64,000 nucleotides of DNA from Macrostomum hystrix (GCA_950097015.1 CATNEN010000027.1:248001-312000); one strand, 5' to 3'. Shown: positions 1 through 15,500, counted from the first letter of the stretch. Numbers and translations: made by a program. The notes: generated by a model from the letters alone, not told the origin.

Positions 1-248
1 GGCTGGGATCAGGTGGGGGTCAGGCTGGGATCAGGCTGGGATCATGGGGGGTCAGGCTAGGATTAGGTGGGGGTCAGGCTGGGATCAGGTGGGGGTCAGG
101 CTGGGATCAGTTGGGGGTCAACGACTGAGGTGGAGGTCAGGGGGTCAGATTATTGGTCTGAGGTGGGGGTCAGTGAAGGGGGTCATGTTTGGGTCAGGTT
201 GGGGTCAGGTTGGGGTCAGGCGGGGTCAGGCGGGGTCAGGTGGGGTCA
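1..248. repeat. Degenerate ~10-bp G-rich minisatellite (GGGGTCAGGY)
   Basis: Direct reading; array runs off the window start. Confidence 0.85.
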
Positions 249-551
249 GCTTCTGCGAAGGGGTCAGTCGCCAATCTTCCACACATGTTGATAAACTGTG
301 GCCTGCAGGCCAATATTTCCGTTGCACATGAAATTTCCTCTCCGATATACATATATATATTTCTATTGATAAATTGGAGTGCTGGGCCAAAGTCACTGAA
401 ATTAAGTGCATTGCTTCTTGTCTGACTATTCCTATTTATTTAACCCATTGCCGCATCAAATCTGGATATTGATTGGGGGAACTAGGATCAACAATGAAGG
501 CTTTATACGTAGCCAGGCTTAATGCCCCAATCATGCCAATTTATTTGACAG

Positions 552-3500
552 CCTTTGCCCGACCGGATAAACAGATGCGCTCGGATTGTAGACCTTGACA
601 TGATTAACTCACAACTTCAGTGTGAGATGTCCATATTCAGTGTGAGATGTCCATATTCAGTGTGAGATGTCCATATTCAGTGTGAGATGTCCACATTCAG
701 TGTGAGATGTCCACATTCAGTGTGAGATGTCCATATTCAGTGTGAGATGTCCATATTCAGTGTGAGATGTCCACATTCAGTGTGAGATGTCCACATTCAG
801 TGTGAGATATCCATATTCAGTGTGAGATGTCCACATTCAGTGTGAGATGTCCACATTCAGTGTGAGATGTCCATATTCAGTGTGAGATGTCCATATTCAG
901 TGTGAGATGTCCATATTCAGTGTGAGATCAATGATTTGTAAAGTCGAAGTACATGACAGCGGTCAGACAGTTTAACTGAAGCGCATTCAATAGTCCAGTA
1001 TCCTGGATATTTAGTGTGCTGTGGATGCAATGGGGCTTCCTATTCTCCACACAGAAGCCCCCCCATCTGTTCTCTAACAGCGGACCGCATCATCTGCATC
1101 GCAGTGGACCAAGGAGTGGACGCCCTGTTCAGACTGCGCGTGGTGGCCTCACCTTGGCAATCTGGCAAGCAAGTACTGCTGGTGAGTCTGGGGTGGGCAG
1201 GTGGATACCAGTACAGTTTTTGAGGCGGCGGAGGTTGGGCCGTTTGATATTTAACTGCTGGGAGCTGGCCATATATGGGATATGTTTTGCATTGCTACAT
1301 TATTTATCATATTATCTCCCTATCACAATGCCGCTCAGTTGACAGGCATTGTGATAGGGATTGTTTGTTTCATTTCTAGCCAGCCTCTGCCGCGTGTTGG
1401 CGGCTGCGAGAAATGAAAAATATGAATTTGTTTTTTACACTCTTGGAGTAAGTGTAAGTCCAGAATGAGTAAATTCACAATGACTCCAACAACAGTAAAA
1501 ACAAAAAGCAAGACTAAACTCCCCCACAATGACTCCAATCACCCCACAATGACTCCAATCACCCCACAATGACTCCAATCACCCCACAATGACTCCAATC
1601 ACCCCACAATGACTCCAATCACCCCACAATGACTCCAATCACCCCACAATGACTCCAATCACCCCACAATGACTCCAATCACCCCACAATGACTCCAATC
1701 ACCCCACAATGACTCCAATCAACACACAAAGACTCTAATCACCCCACAATGACTCTAATCACCCCACAATGACTCCAATCACCCCACAATGACTCCAATC
1801 ACCCCACAATGACTCCAATCACCCCACAATGACTCCAATCACCCCACAATGACTCCAATCACCCCACAATGACTCTAATCACCCCGCGATGACTCCAATC
1901 ACCCCACAATGACTCCAATCACCCCGCGATGACTCCAATCACCCCACAATGACTCCAATCACCCCAAAATGACTCCAAAAACCACACACCCACAACAATT
2001 ACAACAAACCCGCAATGACCATCGCAGCTCGATGAGTTCAGCGAGCCTGATCTTCAAGAGGCGGCGGCTTCGAATGAAGCGGACCGGGCCAGCCTTCACC
2101 GGCTCGTGGCCACTCTGGTTGACGATCTGGGCCACCTGGGCGATAGCGTCGGTCGGAACTACGCCGACAGCGTCCTGACGGTGCTGAACGCCCTGACTGA
2201 CATCAGCCTCTTAGCCAGCAATGAGTTCAAGAACGAGCCGCAACTTAGAGCCGTAAAACTCACAGTGGCTGAGCTGCGACAGCAGCTGGAGGGCTCGCTG
2301 GTTTGTATGGGATAATTTTAGATTGGATGGGATCATTTTAGATTGGATGGGATCATTTTAGATTGGATGGGATCATTTTAGATTGGATGGGATCATTTTA
2401 GATTGGATGGGATCATTTTAGATTGGATGGGATCATTTTAGATTGGATGGGATCATTTAAGATTGGATGGGATCATTTTAGATTGGATGGGATCATTTCA
2501 GATTGGATGGGATCATTTTCAGATTGAATAGGATCATTTCAGATTGGATGGGATCATTTTAGATTGGATGGGATCATTTTAGATTGGATTGGATCATTTT
2601 AGATTGGATGGGATCATTTTAGATTGGATGGGATCATTTTAGATTGGATGGGATCATTTTAGATTGGATGGGATCATTTTAGATTGGATGGGATCCTTTT
2701 AGATTGGATGGGATCATTTTAGATTGGATGGGATCCTTTTAGATTGGATGGGATCATTTCAGATTGGATGGGATCATTTTCAGATTGAATAGGATCATTT
2801 CAGATTGGATGGGATCATTTCAGATTGGATGGGATCATTTCAGATTGGATGGGATCATTTTAAATTGAGTATAGGAGTTTGGGATCAATGTGGGGAGTGT
2901 GTGGGTGGAATGGCATCAATTTAGAATGGGTGGTATCATTTTGGGGTGGGTGGTGGTTTTACCTTTCAAATCTGTGATAGTTGCATAGTTGGGATCTAAA
3001 ACTAGGGATCTAAAGCCAGCCAAGACAACAGCTGAAAAATAAAACTGCATAAGCTGTGTTAACTGCGTCATCATCCCGCAATGTTAGCTCTATTTGCCGG
3101 GGGTGTCTGAGACATACACGCCAGTTGTGAGCATCCGCAGCTCCGAGAGTGTCAAATTGCCACCTGGTATTTGAATAGCGTGTCAACATTGACTGGAAAT
3201 CCTGCTAGCTTGGATGCTTGACAAACGTATTTGTCTGTTTGTCAATAGCGGAACTCGCTGTGTATGATCTGCTGCTTGGAATACTAACTGAGACAGTTGA
3301 GACAGACACTAAATATCTAGACAGCAGAGACAGACACTAAATATCTAGACAGCAGAGACAGACACTAAATATCTAGACAGCTAGACTCCACGCGACAGGC
3401 CTCACAAACCGACATCGCCAATCCGCAGATCCAATTCGACCATCTGGTGGCATACTTTCTACACGACAATCAGGAGGCGAATGTGGACGACGAGCTTGTC

Positions 3501-6500
3501 GCTGTGGGCAATCTGAACTACTTCAAGCAGCTGAGCAATCTGATGAAGCGACTGCGAGACGAGTGAGCCGTGTCTGAGCACTCATTTGTTTTGCCAAATT
3601 TCTGAGAACATGACTCAGGATTGTGCCGGTGATTGGGGGGGGAGAAATATGAGGGTGGTGGGGAGGGGAAAGAAAATGGGGATGAAAATGAAGAAAGAGG
3701 AGAAATAGGATGGAAAGGTGAGAAAGTTGAGGAGAAAATCGAGGGTGGAGGGAACAAAATTAAGGGAGAGTTGAAGAAAAAGGAACGAGAATGGTGTGAA
3801 AATAAGGAGGAGGGGGAGAGGGAAGATAGATGAAATGAGGGAGAATGGGGAGGAAAATGAGGGAGAAGTGAGGAAAATGAGGGAGAATTAGGAGAAACCG
3901 GGGGAGAAGGGGGAGGAAGATGAGGCAGGAGGTGCATTGAAATGAGAGGAGAAAAAATGAGAAGAGAAGGAATGGAAGCTTCATAGCGCACATAGGTAGT
4001 GAAGTGATGAAGTCGGGTACAATTGGGAGGCTGTGAGGTCAGCTGCAATGGCTTCCCCAATGAAAGCAATTCACGGGAATTTTATTCCAATCAACACGGC
4101 ATTGTTCTTATTATTCAGCAATTATCCGTTGGCCGCAATTAGATGCCCCTTTGGCTTTGAGTTTTTGCCGCGTCGTTGGGCCGATATTCAAAGAGCGGGG
4201 GAACGGCTGTGAGGACATATTGTGCGACAATTGTAGATTCCTTTTAGCAAGAAAAAGTCAGCATTGTTTTGTTCCTTATTTGCTGCTGCCGGTTTCACTA
4301 TTATGTCCAAATTTGTGTCTAAAATCAGCAAACATTTTAACAAAACTGAAATTTGGTGATAAAGCAATAATGCGGTCAATGCAGTAAATTTTTATTCCGA
4401 AATCCCGTTAAAAAAACAATAACAAAGTGCTGGATTATAAGAATATCAAATCCTAATAAAATTGCATACAACTCGCAATCTTCAGCTCTTCCTAACAATC
4501 GAAATCCCATCTTTGAGAATCCCAAGATACTTGTAAATCTTAGCAAAATCCCTAAATTAAGGAAGTCTCGAGACTTTTATTCCCATTTAAAATAATTCCA
4601 TATTGCAATAATAAATTTGTTAATTATTATATACACTAAAAACGCATCAATACATATATTAGCAATAAGTATTACAGTATTATAACTAATATAGTAGATA
4701 TTAGGGGAGCTCAGGCTACCAGTTAGGGTGTCGGACTAACGACGTGAAGGTCGGGGGTTCGATTCCCGACTCCACTCGAACAATTTGTGTCCTTTAGCAT
4801 GACAATTAACTCTGCATTGCTTCAGTTCACCCAGCTGTTAAATGGGTGCTAGCAACTGCTGGGGTAATTGAGGGTGGGTGTGGCGTCCCCCCAGTCCATG
4901 GACTGAACAGCCTTCAGATGCGTCGCGCAATGGCTGCGGCTGTGCTGTTATTAAATCTACAAGAGAAACAGTAATAATAACTTTTAAACAATGAAGTTGC
5001 AACTCCCAATCTAAATCTAAACCCCTAGCCTAAAATATCCCAATCTAAATCTAAACCCCTAGCCTAAAATATCCCAATCTAAATCTAAACCCCTAGCCTA
5101 AAATATCCCAATCTAAATCTAAACCCCTAGCCTAAAATATCCCAATCTAAATCTAAACCCCTAGCCTAAAATATCCCAATCTAAATCTAAACCCCTAGCC
5201 TAAAATATCCCAATCTAAATCTAAACCCCTAGCCTAAAATATCCCAATCTAAATCTAAACCCCTAGCCTAAAATATCCCAATCTAAATCTAAACCCCTAG
5301 CCCAAAATATCCCAATCTAAATCTAAACCCCTAGCCTAAAATATCCCAATCTAAATCTAAACCCCTAGCCCAAAATATCCCAATCTAAATCTAAACCCCT
5401 AGCCTAAAATATCCCAATCTAAATCTAAACCCTTAGCCTAAAATATCCCAATCTAAATCTAAACCCCTAGCCCAAAATATCCCAATCTAAATCTAAACCC
5501 CTAGCCTAAAATATCCCAATCTAAATCTAAACCCCTAGCCCAAAATATCCCAATCTAAATCTAAACCCCTAGCCTAAAATATCCCAATCTAAATCTAAAC
5601 CCCTAGCCCAAAATATCCCAATTCCAAGTAAAAATTCCTAGAATTAAGTACAAAATTAAGCCAGTACTTTTGAATCCCAGTCTCGACTTTTCCCTTCTGT
5701 TCCTCCCTCTCTCTCTTATAGCCAGCAAAACTTTAATACCAGTTTCCATGAGAATTTCAGGGAGAAAAGTGACTTACAAAAGAAAGGAAATGGGAATTCG
5801 CGCGCTCTTAATTAAACATGTTTGCCCCGCAAGGTCAAAGTAGCGGATCTGGCTGCTAGAATTCCAAATGCATTTTAATGCCAGAAAATTCCCAGCCATG
5901 CGTCAATCAAATCTGGCAGCTCGGAAAAGCTTATTTCTAGCTCGTAATCCACACAGCGCCAGCTAGAGTCTGGCAGACACCAGACAAAGGTGTAGATTTT
6001 GTTGGACTAAAGGAAAATATGAAAATACGGTGCAATGGTGCTAATGGTGCTGCGTAGCTAAGAAAATTTGATGCACTTTTTGTATATCTTATGTTCTTAT
6101 GGGAGCGTTAGTTTCTTATATGTGAGACAATTGGAATGTTGGGCAAGATAATTGGTAAGATCAGCTGGGAAAATTAGGATGTATTTTGGGATAATAAAGA
6201 TGTCAGGTGGAATAATTAGGATGTCAGGTGAAATGATTAGGATGTCAGGTGGATTGATTAGGATGTCAGGTGAAACTATTAAGATGTCAGGTGGAATGAT
6301 TAGGATGTCAGGTGGAATGATTAGGATGTCAGGTGGAATGATTAGGATGTCAGGTGGAATGATTAGGATGTCAGGTGGAATGATTAGGATGTCAGGTGGA
6401 ATGATTAGGATGTCAGGTGAAACTATTAAGATGTCAGGTGAAACTATTAAGATGTCAGGTGGATTGATTAGGATGTCAGTTGGAATGATTAGGATGTCAG

Positions 6501-9500
6501 GTGGAATGATTAGGATGTCAGGTGGAATGATTAGGATGTCAGGTGGAATGATTAGGAAGTCAGGTAAAATGATGAGGATGGCAATGGTTTTATGTGTATG
6601 GGTCTTAGATCTTTATTCACAGATTTGAAACATAAAAAATCCCCAGCGATTTAAAGAAGTTTCTGGAGTTCTGCCTGATCCACAAGTTCGCCATGTTCTA
6701 TTCGTCACCATCGCGGCGGCACCTGCTGGCGTACAGGGCTCGCCGGATTGGCCAGGAGCTCGCCGAGGACAGCTGGCTGCCCTGCCTGCGTCTGCTGGAA
6801 GGCCCCGGGCTGAATGCCGCGTACTACAAGGAGCAGGGGAATAAGCTGAGACTCGGTCCGGTGAGTGTCTCATGATTCTCATCCCTAGCGATAATCTATA
6901 GCGATTGTTACATCACGCTTCTCATGATTCTCACGCTTCTCATGATGCTCATCCCTAGCGATAATCTATAGCGATTGTTACATCACGCTTCTCATGATTC
7001 TCACGCTTCTCATGATGCTCATCCTTAGCGATAATCTATAGCGATTGTTACATCACGATTCTCATGATTCTCACGCTTCTCATGATGCTCATCCCTAGCG
7101 ATAATCTATAGCGATTGTTACATCACGATTCTCATGATTCTCACGCTTCTCATGATGCTCATCCCTAGCGATAATCTATAGCGATTGTTACATCACGATT
7201 CTCATGATTCTCACGCTTCTCATGATGCTCATCCTTAGCGATAATCTATAGCGATTGTTACATCACGATTCTCATGATTCTCACGCTTCTCATGATGCTC
7301 ATCCTTAGCGATAATCTATAGCGATTGTTACATCACGATTCTCATGATTCTCACGCTTCTCATGATGCTCATCCTTAGCGATAATCTATAGCGATTGTTA
7401 CATCACGATTCTCATGATTCTCACGCTTCTCATGATTCTCACGCTTCTCATGATTCTCACGATTCTCGCGATTCTCACGCTTGTCATGATTCTCACGCTT
7501 CTCATGATTCTCACGCTTCTCATGATTCTCACGCTTCTCATGATTCTCACGATTCTCATGATTCTCACGATTCTCATGATTCTCACGATTCTCATGATTC
7601 TCACGATTCTCGCGATTCTCACGCTTGTCATGATTCTCACGCTTCTCATGATTCTCACGATTCTCATGATGCTCATCCTTAGCGATAATCTATAGCGATT
7701 GTTACATTACGATTCTCATGATTCTCATGCTTCTCATGATTCTCATGCTGATCATGATTCTCGCCATTCCTTCTCATTTACAAAATCTTTCCATTGCAGG
7801 TCTCAGACGTGATTGTTCCCTATCTAAAGAGAGCATTTATTAATATTGCGATGAACAGAACCGATGTCAATCGTCTTGTGATGCAGAAGGTTATTGACAA
7901 GGTGAGTAGATTGAGCAGACGATAAGATTGGTTCTAATTTCGAATTTTATTGATCTGTGCTAATTACAGAATCCTCTTATCATAGAATCATCTCATTTCT
8001 AATCCCCATCATTATCCCTTCATGATAGAATCCCCTCATCTCAAAATCCCTTCATCACAGAATCCCTTCATCACAGAATCTCTTCATCACAGAATCTCTT
8101 CATCACAGAATCCCTTCATCACAGAATCCCTACATCACAGAATCCCTTCCTGATAGAATCCCTTCATCGAAGAACCCCATCATCACAGAATCCCTTCATC
8201 ACAGAATCCCTTCATCACAGAATCCCTTCATCACAGAATCCCTACATCACAGAATCCCTTCCTGATAGAATCCCTTCATCACAGAACCCCATCATCACAG
8301 AATCCCTTCATCACAGAATCCCTTCATCACAGAATCTCTTCATCACAGAATCCCTTCATCACAGAATCCCTTCATCACAGAATCTCTTCATCACAGAATC
8401 TCTTCATCACAGAATCTCTTCATCACAGAATCTCTTCATCACAGAATCTCTTCATCACAGAATCCCTTCATCACAGAATCCCTTCATCACAGAATCCCTT
8501 CATCACAGAATCCCTTCATCACAGAACCCCATCATCACAGAATCCCTTCCTGATAGAATCCCTTCATCACAGAATCCCTTCATCACAGAACCCCTTCATC
8601 AAAGAATCCCCTTAAACACGGAATTGCCTTAATTAATCTCTAATCTGTATAACTGGAATCCAAATCACAGGTAAACTCCATGAACTTTCTAATTGGATTC
8701 AGTCGCGCCCACATGACAGAGGATTTTCTAAATCAGTACTATTCCGAGGTGAGTCTGCGGTGTACATCTGCAGCTTATTAAACATTATTTAACTGGGTCC
8801 TTCGAACACAGACATTGGCAGGGCATTGCTAAGCATAGCGGACTCTCGCTCTGTTTCAGTGGACCGTCAGACCAACCGACTCAGCTCTGAGCATGGTGGT
8901 GGGCCTGATTGGCCTGAAACAACGCCGGTTAAGGCAAAATCTGCGAACTAAACCAAGGATTCTGCTTGAGTAAGCTGCACCGTATCGAGCTTTAGAGATA
9001 TGCTTTCAGACTGATAAATATTTCCTTTCCTGTACGCACCTTGCAGGGAAACCGCCGATGTTACCTCTGTGTATCCCAGCTACAAATACGCTGAGAACAC
9101 CGTCGGTGAGAGATGACTGACTGTTTATCGATTTTACTTCCCATCCTAAGTGATTCCCATCCCATCTGATCCCCATCCCATCTGATCCCCATCCCATCTG
9201 ATCCCCATCCCAACTGATCCCCATCCCAATTGATCCTCATCCCAACTTATCCCCATCCCAACTTATCCCCATCCCAACTGATCCCCATCTCAACTGATCC
9301 CCATCCCATCTGATCCCCATCCCATCTGATCCCAATCCCATCTGATCCCGATCCCAACTGATCCCATCCCATCTGATCCCCATCCCAACTGATCCCCATC
9401 CCAACTGATCCCCATCCCATCTGATCCCCATCCCAACTTATCCCCATCCCATCTGATCCCCATCCCAACTGATCCCCATCCCATCTGATCCCCATCCCAT

Positions 9501-12500
9501 CTGATCCCCATCCCAACTGATCCCCATCCCAACTTATCCCCATCCCAACTGATCCCCATCCCAACTGATCCCCATCCCATCTGATCCCCATCCTAACTGA
9601 TCCCCATCCCAACTGATCTCCATCCCAACTTATCCCCATCCCATCTGATTCCCATCCCATCTGATCCCCATCCCAACTGATCCCCATCCCAACTGATCCC
9701 CATCCCAACTGATCCCCATCCCAATTGATCCCCATCCCAACTTATCCCCATCCCAATTGATCCCCATCCCAACTGATCCCCATCCCATCTGATCCCCATC
9801 CCATCTGATCCCCATCCCAACTGATCCCCATCCCAACTGATCCCCATCCCATCTGATCCCCATCCCAACTTATCCCCATCCCATCTGATCCCCATCCCAA
9901 CTGATCCCCATCCCATCTGATCCCCATCCCATCTGATCCCCATCCCAACTGATCCCCATCCCAACTTATCCCCATCCCAACTGATCCCCATCCCAACTGA
10001 TCCCCATCCCATCTGATCCCCATCCTAACTGATCCCCATCCCAACTGATCTCCATCCCAACTTATCCCCATCCCATCTGATTCCCATCCCATCTGATCCC
10101 CATCCCAACTGATCCCCATCCCAACTGATCCCCATCCCATCTGATCCCCATCCTAACTGATCCCCATCCCAACTGATCTCCATCCCAACTTATCCCCATC
10201 CCATCTGATCCCCATCCCATCTGATCCCCATCCCAACTGATCCCCATCCCAACTGATCCCCATCCCAACTGATCCCCATCCCAATTGATCCCCATCCCAA
10301 CTTATCCCCATCCCAATTGATCCCCATCCCAACTGATCCCCATCCCATCTGACCCCCATCCCAACTTATCCCCATCCCATCTGATCCCCATCCCAACTGA
10401 TCCCCATCCCATCTGATCCCCATCCCAACTGATCCCCATCCCAACTGATCCCCATCCCAACTGATCCCCATCCCAAATGATCCCCATCCCAACTGATCCT
10501 CATCCCTATTGATTCCCATCCCAACTGATCCCCATCCCAGCTGATCCCCATCCTAAATGATCCCCATCCCAACTGATCCCATCCCATCTGATCCCCATCC
10601 CAACTGATCCCATCCTATCTGATCCCCATCCCAACTGATCCCAATCCCAACTAATCCCCATCCCAACAGATCCCATTCCCAACTGATCCCCATCCCAACT
10701 GATCCCTATCCCAACTGATCCTCATCCCTATTGATTCCCATCCCATCTGATCCCCATCCCAACTGATCCCCATCCCAACTGATCCTCATCCCTATTGATC
10801 CCCATCCCAGGTGAAATGATTGATATCCCTAATTAACTTCAGTCCTCCCAGCTGCTTTCCTACAATGGCCATATCACCTGGCTAACAACATGATGCCATT
10901 GTGAGTTGAAAATAGTTAATAAACATTTTATTTGGGTTTATTTTGACATTGATACTGGTATAAACTAAACAAGATTTAATTCCACTTTAGCTACCTAAAA
11001 TTCGCCTTCATTGGAACGGCCCTGGCAACACAGATGGTGAAGAGCATGGACTCAGTGGGTAAGCCAGTTGAGAGGTTAACTTTTCTGCAACTAATTGCCG
11101 CAGTGGCACGATTCCAACAATATATAGTAAATAGTCAAAGTTAACCCAATCATTAAATTCAAATGCATAAAGCACAATTCACAGGAAAATGATTTTTTAT
11201 CCCAAGCTATCCCAAGTCATTCAACAATCTGATTCTCCCAAATCCCATTTCACTGAAATCTTGATTCTCCCAAATCCCATTTCACTGAAATCTTGATTCT
11301 CCCAAATCCCATTTCACTGAAATCCCAACTGTCGCAACTCTCCGATTATCCCAAATCCCGTTTCACGAAAATCCCAACTGTCGCAACTCTCCGATTCTCC
11401 CAAATCCCGTTTCTCTGAAATCCCAACTGTCGCAACTCTCCGATTATCCCAAATCCCGTTTCACGAAAATCCCAACTCTCGCAACTCTCCGATTCTCCCA
11501 AATCCCATTTCTCTGAAATCCCAACTCTCGCAACTCTCCGATTCTCCCAAATCCCATTTCTCTGAAATCCCAACTGTCGCAACTCTCCGATTCTCCCAAA
11601 TCCCATTTCACTAAAATCTCAACTCTCCGATTCTCCCAAATCCCATTTCTAGTAAAATCCCCAATGTCTCTGAAACCCCCACTCAATGAAATCCCAACTT
11701 GATCGTATCCCCAACTCTACAAAATCCCTGTCTCTAAAAAATCCTAAAATATTCAAATCCTGACTCTCGAAAATCCCTATTCGCTAAGTCCCGATTCCAA
11801 GAAATCTTAAAAGTATAAATTTGAATTCTACAAAATCTCGATTCGTCAAAGTTCCAAACTACGAGCTCAGTAACAATTATTTTGTTCAATTCTCGCACCG
11901 TTTATTTCTGCGAGTAAAGCATTTAACTGTGTGTCAGTAACTTATCAATATATAGTCGGGAAGTTTCCAGTCAAAGCATTCCTAATAATCCATAAATTAA
12001 TTTTATCATGCTCTTCTTTTACCGCAAGCCGCTAGGGCAAAGCTTTGTTTATTCATCAAGCCACTAGGCGCGCCACTATTGAGGATTTCTCTCGCTTTAG
12101 GCCGGGATTGGGATCCCTGATCCCCATGGGATAGGGGAGGGGCGGCTGCTGTTATGACTGACAGCTTGGCTCATCTCCACTCCTTATCCCAAGCCCTCCA
12201 GCAATAATTCAGACTTCCCCATTCAGATCCCAGATCCCCATACCGGGATATCCCAACTGCTTTTGTATCGTCCAGCTAAGTCGATTTCTATTTCAATTTC
12301 ATCACAGAGAGTTCCCGAGTGAGGTCCCTGTCAATTGCCTGTCAATTTCCTTTTTAGACTTCTCACCTGCTCATTTTATGCCATCTTTATAATGACACAT
12401 CTAGCTGCGCGTGCGAGCATCGCTTATTAGAATTGTAAATTAATATTTTAAATTCATGCCAGGGTAGTAATTCCTAATTGATAGTCCCTTAATCATCTCT

Positions 12501-15500
12501 CCCCTGTCTCTTATCTCTCCTGTCTCATATCTCCCCTGTCTCATCACTCCCCTGTCTCATCACTCCCTGTCTCATATCTCCTGTCTCATATCTCTCCTGT
12601 CTCATATCTCCCCTGTCTCATATCTCCCCTGTCTCATATCTCCCCTGTCTCATCTCTCCCCTGTCTCATATCTCCTGTCTCATATCTCTCCTGTCTCATA
12701 TCTCCCCTGTCTCATATCTCCCCTGTCTCATATCTCCCCTGTCTCATATCTCCTGTCTCATCTCTTCCCTGTCTCATCTCTTCCCTGTCTCATCTCTCCT
12801 GTCTCATCTCTCCTGTCTCATATCTCCTGTCTCATCTCTTCCCTGTCTCATCTCTTCCCTGTCTCATCTCTTCCCTGTCTCATCCTCCCTGTCTTATCTC
12901 CCCTGTCTCATCTCTCCTGTCTCATATCTCCTGTCTCATCTCTTCCCTGTCTCATCTCTTCCCTGTCTCATCTCTTCCCTGTCTCATCCTCCCTGTCTTA
13001 TCTCCCCTGTCTCATCTCTCCACTGTCTCATCTCTTCCCCGTCTCATCTCTCCTGTCTCATCTCTCCTGTCTCATCTCTCCTGTCTCATCTCTCCTGTCT
13101 CATCTCTCCTGTCTCATCTCCCCTGTCTCATATCTCCCCTGTCTCATCTCTCCCCTGTCTCATCTCTCCACTGTCTCATCTCTCCCTTGTCTCATATCTC
13201 CTGTCTCATATCTCCTGTCTCATATCTCCTGTCTCATATCTCCCCGTCTCATATCTCCTGTCTCATATCTCCCCGTCTCATATCTCCTGTCTCATATCTC
13301 CTGTCTCATATATCCTGTCTCATCTCTCCTGTCTCATATCTCCTGTCTCATATCTCTCCTGTCTCATATCTCCCCTGTCTCATATCTCCCCTGTCTCATA
13401 TCTCCCCTGTCTCATATCTCCTGTCTCATCTCTTCCCTGTCTCATCTCTCTCCTGTCTCATCTCTCCTGTCTCATCTCTCCTGTCTCATATCTCCTGTCT
13501 CATCTCTTCCCTGTCTCATCTCTTCCCTGTCTCATCTCTTCCCTGTCTCATCCTCCCTATCTTATCTCCCCTGTCTCATCTCTCCTGTCTCATATCTCCT
13601 GTCTCATCTCTTCCCTGTCTCATCTCTTCCCTGTCTCATCTCTTCCCTGTCTCATCCTCCCTGTCTTATCTCCCCTGTCTCATCTCTCCACTGTCTCATC
13701 TCTCCCTTGTCTCATATCTCCTGTCTCATATCTCCTGTCTCATATCTCCTGTCTCATATCTCCTGTCTCATATCTCCCCGTCTCATATCTCCTGTCTCAT
13801 ATCTCCCCGTCTCATATCTCCTGTCTCATATCTCCTGTCTCATATATCCTGTCTCATCTCTCCTGTCTCATCTCTCCTGTCTCATCTCTCCTGTCTCATC
13901 TCTTCCCTGTCTTATCTTCCCTGTTTTATCTTCCCTGTCTCATCTCTTCCCTGTCTTATCTTCCCTGTCTTATCTTCCCTGTTTTATCTTCCCTGTTTTA
14001 TCTTCCCTGTCTTATCTTCCCTGTCTTATCTTCCCTGTCTTATCTTCACTGTCTCATCTCTCCTGTCTCATCTCTCCTGTCTCATCTCTCCTGTCTCATC
14101 TCTCCTGTCTCATCTCCCCTGTCTCATATCTCCCCTGTCTCATCTCTCCCCTGTCTCATCTCTCCACTGTCTCATCTCTCCCTTGTCTCATATCTCCTGT
14201 CTCATATCTCCTGTCTCATATCTCCTGTCTCATATCTCCCCGTCTCATATCTCCTGTCTCATATCTCCCCGTCTCATATCTCCTGTCTCATATCTCCCCG
14301 TCTCATATCTCCTGTCTCATATCTCCTGTCTCATCTCTCCTGTCTCATCTCTCCTGTCTCATCTCTTCCCTGTCTTATCTTCCCTGTTTTATCTTCCCTG
14401 TCTCATCTCTTCCCTGTCTTATCTTCCCTGTCTTATCTTCCCTGTCTTATCTTCCCTGTTTTATCTTCCCTGTCTTATCTTCCCTGTCTTATCTTCCCTG
14501 TCTTATCTTCACTGTCTCATCTCTCCTGTCTCATCTCTCCTGTCTCATCTCTCCTGTCTCATCTCTCCTGTCTCATCTCCCCTGTCTCATATCTCCCCTG
14601 TCTCATCTCTCCCCTGTCTCATCTCTCCCCTGTCTCATCTCTCCCCTGTCTCATATCTCCCCTGTCTCATATCTCCCCTGTCTCATCTCTCCCCTGTCTC
14701 ATATCTCCCTTGTCAATTCGGCCTGCTGTCGTCTATAGGATTATTTGCATGGCTCCGCACAGTCTCATGGTCACATGGGAATGTAAGTTTGTTTCCACGT
14801 CTGATTAGAAGCACAAAATTTCATCCCCACTCACACCGATGCTCCCTATGCCAGGTGCGAATTGGGATTCGAGCGGCCTGAAATCCGACCAGAAGATCTC
14901 CATCCTGACTCTGGAAAATGAAATCTGCCTTCGACGTTCGCTCACGCAGGTGAGGCCGGCAGCCCGGCTTCCTGTGCCGGGGGGCGGGAGAATTCTCCCC
15001 GAGAGCTGCTGATATTAAAAAAACTTTTGCACGCCATGGGAGGCTAAGCAGTCAACGGACTGGATATTGGAAAGCCTATTATTGAAAATGCGCCTCTCAT
15101 GACAAAAACTTATCAAAGGCTAGCTTACAGGGTCTCAGCCCTACTCTAGCCGGCGAGAAAATTAACTATAATACTCATCTACAGCATCCACAATGTCACT
15201 CTATCCCAATGTCACTCTATCCCAATGTCACTCTATCCACAATGTCACTCTATCCCAATGTCCCTCTATTCCTATGTCACTCTATTCCAATGTCCCTCTA
15301 TTCCTATGTCACTCTATTCCTATGTCACTCTATCCCAATCTCACTCTATCCCCAAGTTCAATATATCCCAATGTCACTCTATCCACAATGTCACTCTATT
15401 CCAATGTCCCTCTTTTCCTATGTCACTCTATTCCATTGTCACTCTATTCCTATGTCACTCTATTCCATTGTCACTCTATTCCTATGTCACTCTATCCACA

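Noticed and set aside
249-330. Possible further M13 exon after the first array
   Set aside because: No frame gave clear family similarity or a convincing donor.
5005-5620. Telomere-like CTAAACCC in the 34-bp unit
   Set aside because: One motif per unit, not a telomeric tract.
9006-10587. Many MGISWDGDQ-type ORFs on -
   Set aside because: 16-bp repeat read in rotating frames inside an M13 intron.
14739-14782. Apparent exon with good AG and GTAAGT sites
   Set aside because: Its phases do not fit the flanking M13 exons; joining 11058 to 14855 directly restores frame and homology.
13187-14881. 564-aa and 343-aa ORFs
   Set aside because: Translations of an intronic satellite with non-ATG starts.
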